A stretch of DNA of 63,604 nucleotides, counting the filler, from a bacterium (GTDB taxonomy: Bacteria; JALSQH01), in NCBI GenBank assembly GCA_026985515.1. It is 10 parts of 10 records of this genome, joined end to end, with 100 filler letters (N's around TTAATTAATTAA, not from the genome) between each part and the next. Parts side by side here need not be neighbours in the genome. Positions count along the whole stretch, not along the records: positions 60,193 to 61,917 come from JALSQH010000215.1; positions 62,018 to 63,604 come from JALSQH010000230.1; 8 more parts are not named here. One strand, given 5' to 3'. This document shows, in pieces, positions 60,306 to 63,604 of this stretch (position 1 is the first letter of the stretch; every line of letters starts with the position of its first letter). Made by a program: the position numbers and the translations under genes. The notes below the pieces were generated by a model. That model saw only the letters and a program-made list of their open reading frames with translations. It had not been told where the DNA came from and did no database searches.

Positions 60306-60617
60306 ATGGAAATAGTTAGATCAAAAAATGGTGTTCCCATACGGTTGACGGAAGAGCGGTGGATACATATCACTGAAGAACATTCCGAAATGGCAGGGTT
60401 GTATTATGATATCCTGGAGACAGTTGAAGATCCTGATGTAATATATGAGGGAAAAGAGGAGGAATTAATAGCTGTAAGAAAGGTTGAAAAAGGAAAGTTT
60501 TTAGTCGCAGTTTATAAAGAGTGTAGTAGCAATGATGGTTTTATTATTACTGCGTTTTTAACAAGAAAAGAAAGACAGTTAAAAAGGAGAAGGAAAGTAT
60601 GGGAACGCTCGAAATAA
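60306..60617 (+). CDS. Putative toxin (DUF4258/RelE-fold-like)
   Basis: IRLTEERWIHI..H..PDVI..GFIITAF; paired with DUF2283. Confidence 0.7.
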   Translation: MEIVRSKNGVPIRLTEERWIHITEEHSEMAGLYYDILETVEDPDVIYEGKEEELIAVRKVEKGKFLVAVYKECSSNDGFIITAFLTRKERQLKRRRKVWERSK

Positions 60618-60835
60618 AAAAAATACTTGAACTTGTCCCTGACCTGGTGGAAATTCCTTTTAGCAGGATCTGGACTTCCTATGATAGAGAAGCAGATGTA
60701 CTGTACATTAACTTCAAAAAACCCAGTCACGCTGATGATGCTGAGTTGACTGATGATGATATTATTATAAGGTATGAAGGTGGAAAAATAGTAGGTGTAA
60801 CCGTCCTTCATGCCAGTAAAAGAAAGCACATTTGA
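60599..60835 (+). CDS. DUF2283 family putative antitoxin
   Basis: YDREADVLYI..DDIIIRY..GKIVGVTVLHAS. Confidence 0.85.
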   Translation: MGTLEIKKILELVPDLVEIPFSRIWTSYDREADVLYINFKKPSHADDAELTDDDIIIRYEGGKIVGVTVLHASKRKHI

Positions 60836-60882
60836 TTTCCCTGCAACTTGTTACTTTTCACTCCTGTGATATAATTAGAAGC

Positions 60883-61185
60883 ATGAGATATGAAGATATT
60901 CAAAGGAGCCTTGAAATACTTGGCTTGAAGGGAAGAATCTCCTTCAAACATATAAAGAGGAGATTCAGAGAACTCAGCAAAAAGTATCATCCTGATCTGT
61001 GTCAGGATGATCCCGATATCTGTGCTGAGAAGATGAGGGAGATAAAAAAGGCTTATTCTATCCTTGAAGAGTACTGCACAAATTTCAAGTTTGAATTCTC
61101 TCCAGAGGAATTTTACCGGCAATATCCTGAGGAACTGGTTAAGGAACACTTCTACAGATCAGGTCCATGGGGTAGAAAGGATTAA
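60883..61185 (+). CDS. Small DnaJ-domain protein
   Basis: ILGL..IKRRFRELSKKYHPD..IKKAYSIL. Confidence 0.88.
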   Translation: MRYEDIQRSLEILGLKGRISFKHIKRRFRELSKKYHPDLCQDDPDICAEKMREIKKAYSILEEYCTNFKFEFSPEEFYRQYPEELVKEHFYRSGPWGRKD

Positions 61186-61586
61186 AGTCTTTCTTCTCCC
61201 ACAAGCACCCAGTTTTCTCTTTTTCCCCTGTATTTCCACTTCTGCTTTATGAGTTCCTTTCTGACTCTGTTATCATACATGTAGTAATACTCGCGCTTAA
61301 CGATTACTTCTGCTTCTTTCCCCTCTCCAACGGGTTTGATTTTGATTATTTTAATTGAGGTGTATCTTTTGTTCTGAATGGTTTTTTCAAAAGCAGGAAT
61401 CAACCCTGTATCCATCATCTTTTCTGCATCATCAAATTTCTGCCAGATGAGAAATTTGTTGTAAAGCTGTACCTTTGCCTGCAGGATAGAGAAATCAGGC
61501 TTCAGATTGCGGTGACAGCTTATGAGGAAAAAAAATGGCAAGAGGAAAATTCCTGCCATTTTGAACAGTCTATCTTTTTTCTTCAT
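61182..61586 (-). CDS. Hypothetical lipoprotein
   Basis: FFFLISC lipobox-like. Confidence 0.65.
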   Translation of the reverse strand: MKKKDRLFKMAGIFLLPFFFLISCHRNLKPDFSILQAKVQLYNKFLIWQKFDDAEKMMDTGLIPAFEKTIQNKRYTSIKIIKIKPVGEGKEAEVIVKREYYYMYDNRVRKELIKQKWKYRGKRENWVLVGEERL

Positions 61587-61591
61587 ATCAA

Positions 61592-61917
61592 TCAGTGTAT
61601 TAGAGATGCTGCAAGATTGAGATAAATCTGAAGCAGTACATTAAGATTATACAGATTTGCCTTTTCCAGACCGCTACCAAGAAGATCAGGATTCAGAACA
61701 GAATCTGCACCGGGTGGTGCATGGTCACTGTCGAAATTCAGATAGAGAAGGTTGTTAAAAGAAGGATCCTGAAAAGCAATGTAAAGGCTCTTGCTTTCAA
61801 TACCATCTTTAGGAATTTCTGTGATGGTTGGAAATCCTGTGTAGGTGAATGAGAAATGTGCAAAATCTGAAGGATTATCGCATGGAAAGATCATATCTTT
61901 GAAGCTGGTATCTGAAG
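61592..61917 (-). CDS. Hypothetical protein, 5'-partial
   Basis: Frame open to contig edge, stops 5 nt before the next gene. Confidence 0.5.
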
Positions 61918-62017
61918 NNNNNNNNNNNNNNNNNNNNNNNNNNNNNNNNNNNNNNNNNNNNTTAATTAATTAANNNNNNNNNNNNNNNNNNNNNNNNNNN
62001 NNNNNNNNNNNNNNNNN
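61918..62017. other. Artificial contig linker
   Basis: N44-TTAATTAATTAA-N44. Confidence 0.98.
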
Positions 62018-62368
62018 TCATACACCAACTTTCTTATCAAGACAGCGTATGAAGGTGATATTGTGGAGATACTCGCCTCGCTCTTTCCCTGTGAATACAG
62101 TTACTGGGAGATTGGGAAACTTTTAAAGAGAAGAGGAATGCCCAGGAGAAACATCTATAGAGACTGGATTGAGACGTATTCGTCTGAGAAATTTGGAGAA
62201 ATAGCCTCGAGATTAAAGGAATTTCTCGATAGATTTACGGAGTCTGTGGGTGATAAGAAATTTGAGAGGATCGATGAGGTATTTAGAGAAAGCCTGAGAT
62301 TTGAGCTGTACTTCTGGGAGAATGCCTACAGAGAAGGGTTAATCAGGGATATTTTCAGCAAAAAATGA
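62018..62368 (+). CDS. tenA: Thiaminase II / TenA, 5'-partial
   Basis: YTNFL..LFPCEYSYWEIG, YRDWIETYSS, FELYFWE. Confidence 0.88.
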   Translation, partial: SYTNFLIKTAYEGDIVEILASLFPCEYSYWEIGKLLKRRGMPRRNIYRDWIETYSSEKFGEIASRLKEFLDRFTESVGDKKFERIDEVFRESLRFELYFWENAYREGLIRDIFSKK

Positions 62369-63249
62369 GAATCGTTATACTTGGAGCCGGCCATGCAGGT
62401 GTAACCCTCTCGTATTTCCTCAAAAAATCGGGTGTTGATATTACAGTTATCGAGAAAGACTTTGTGGGAAGTGGTGAGACGGGGTATTCTACTGGTATCT
62501 TCCCGATGGACCCAAAAATTTTTGATTTTTACAGGGAAATTGAGGAATACACTCTCCACTATTTCAAACCCATTGTTTATGACCATATTAAAGAAGGGGA
62601 AAAGGGAGAAAGCGTTTATGTGGATGGTTACAATTATGCTTACTATATATCGATAGTGCTTGAAAAAGAAGGGGTTAAGTTTGAAGTGATGAATCCATTT
62701 CATGGAATTGAATTTGATGATAAGAAAATTACGGGAATTAAAACCGATAGAGGATTTTTTGATGGTGACATTTTTATCGTCGCGGCGGGTGGATCTACTC
62801 CATTCATCGTCAAAGATTTTGAAAATCTGGAAGGGATCAAATTTAAATGGGTGAGGTCTTTGCTTTTGAAGCCAGTCAAGCGGTTTCTGCAACAGGTCAT
62901 TTACTACGATGAGTTTGTGATAAAGCCTGAGGGTGAGGAAAGGTTGATTCTGCGGGAAAATCAGGGAATAAGTGTTAATCCACAAGAAGACGTAGTCAAT
63001 AAAACCCGAGGAGTTGATGAAGAATTTTATTCGGTTGTTTACGAATATCTTGAAAAGGAGCATCCAGAATTGACGGACGCGTCTATTGAGAGGGGATGGG
63101 CAACCCTCTGCATGGAAGCGGAGGAACCTATGAAGAAATCAAGAAAATTTAACAATCTATACTTTTTTGCTGGATTTGGTTGTATGGGATTTAGAGTGAT
63201 TCCCAAACTGGCGAAAAAAATGGTAAAGGAGGTTTTGCAAAATGATTGA
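62365..63249 (+). CDS. FAD-dependent oxidoreductase (DAO family), short
   Basis: IVILGAGHAG..IEK..GSGETGYSTG; AGFGCMGF. Confidence 0.8.
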   Translation: MRIVILGAGHAGVTLSYFLKKSGVDITVIEKDFVGSGETGYSTGIFPMDPKIFDFYREIEEYTLHYFKPIVYDHIKEGEKGESVYVDGYNYAYYISIVLEKEGVKFEVMNPFHGIEFDDKKITGIKTDRGFFDGDIFIVAAGGSTPFIVKDFENLEGIKFKWVRSLLLKPVKRFLQQVIYYDEFVIKPEGEERLILRENQGISVNPQEDVVNKTRGVDEEFYSVVYEYLEKEHPELTDASIERGWATLCMEAEEPMKKSRKFNNLYFFAGFGCMGFRVIPKLAKKMVKEVLQND

Positions 63250-63604
63250 TGATAGATTTTTTGATCTTGAACTTTATGGCATCTATAAAGCCGTGAATGA
63301 AAAGATAGGTGAGGAAACGTGGGATGTTGTATGGAGGTCAGGAGAAATCGTGCTTGATGGAATATGGAACGAAATAAACTCCAATGGTTCAGATGATGTT
63401 TTTCTTGTTCTAAAAAATCTTGGAGATTATCTCGCGAAAGTCGGTTACGTCGATTACATAAAAGTTGAAAAGGAGTCTGAGACTCGAGTTAAGTATACAA
63501 TGGGGAAACCGGTGATTCTCCCGGGTGCTGAGAGACTCATCAAAGAGGGTATGGTACCACCACATATATCAACATCCCTAATGTTTGCAGCACTCAAAAA
63601 GCTT
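63242..63604 (+). CDS. Hypothetical protein (possibly V4R/HNOB-like fold), 3'-partial; absent from ORF track
   Basis: Own translation MIDDRFFDLELYGIYKAV..GMVPPHISTSLMFAALKKL open to window end; SD AAGGAGG. Confidence 0.7.
   Translation, partial: MIDDRFFDLELYGIYKAVNEKIGEETWDVVWRSGEIVLDGIWNEINSNGSDDVFLVLKNLGDYLAKVGYVDYIKVEKESETRVKYTMGKPVILPGAERLIKEGMVPPHISTSLMFAALKKL

Noticed and set aside
18097-62017. Nine identical TTAATTAATTAA motifs in N runs
   Set aside because: Artificial six-frame-stop contig linkers. Gene adjacency across them and ORF-track ends inside them are meaningless.
1-63604. rRNA, tRNA, transposase, integrase or phage genes
   Set aside because: None recognised by eye. A tRNAscan/Infernal run would be needed to exclude small RNAs formally.

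Overview
This window is not one locus. It is ten unrelated contigs joined by artificial 100-nt linkers (44 N + TTAATTAATTAA + 44 N): 1-18096, 18197-23278, 23379-31597, 31698-39889, 39990-48159, 48260-56373, 56474-58266, 58367-60092, 60193-61917 and 62018-63604. Gene content suggests a compact, AT-leaning diderm bacterium, probably Deltaproteobacteria/Desulfobacterota-like (inference). Ordinary content includes a thiolase + DUF35 pair, rimO, a ~14-kb chemosensory operon with accessory ATPase/HEAT/GAF genes, surface-polysaccharide genes, argS, ispF, coaE, tatD, plsY, aroB, psd, tenA and two toxin-antitoxin pairs. The most unexplained region is 51630-54763. There a decayed 5' fragment of an AAA-ATPase/nuclease gene is cut at its Walker A codons by a ~226-bp structured non-coding repeat, a rod hairpin with symmetric CTCCG/CGGAG boxes (4 full or partial copies on two contigs). 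The repeats bracket a RelBE-like module and precede a lipoprotein gene with a (TCAT)6 frame-switch tract. Other highlights are a DUF1858-2xDUF2249-solute-binding fusion with an operator over its promoter, a phosphoglycosyl-transferase/degenerate CapD fusion, a degenerate second MCP and several apparently leaderless genes. All product calls come from motif recognition by eye, not database searches.
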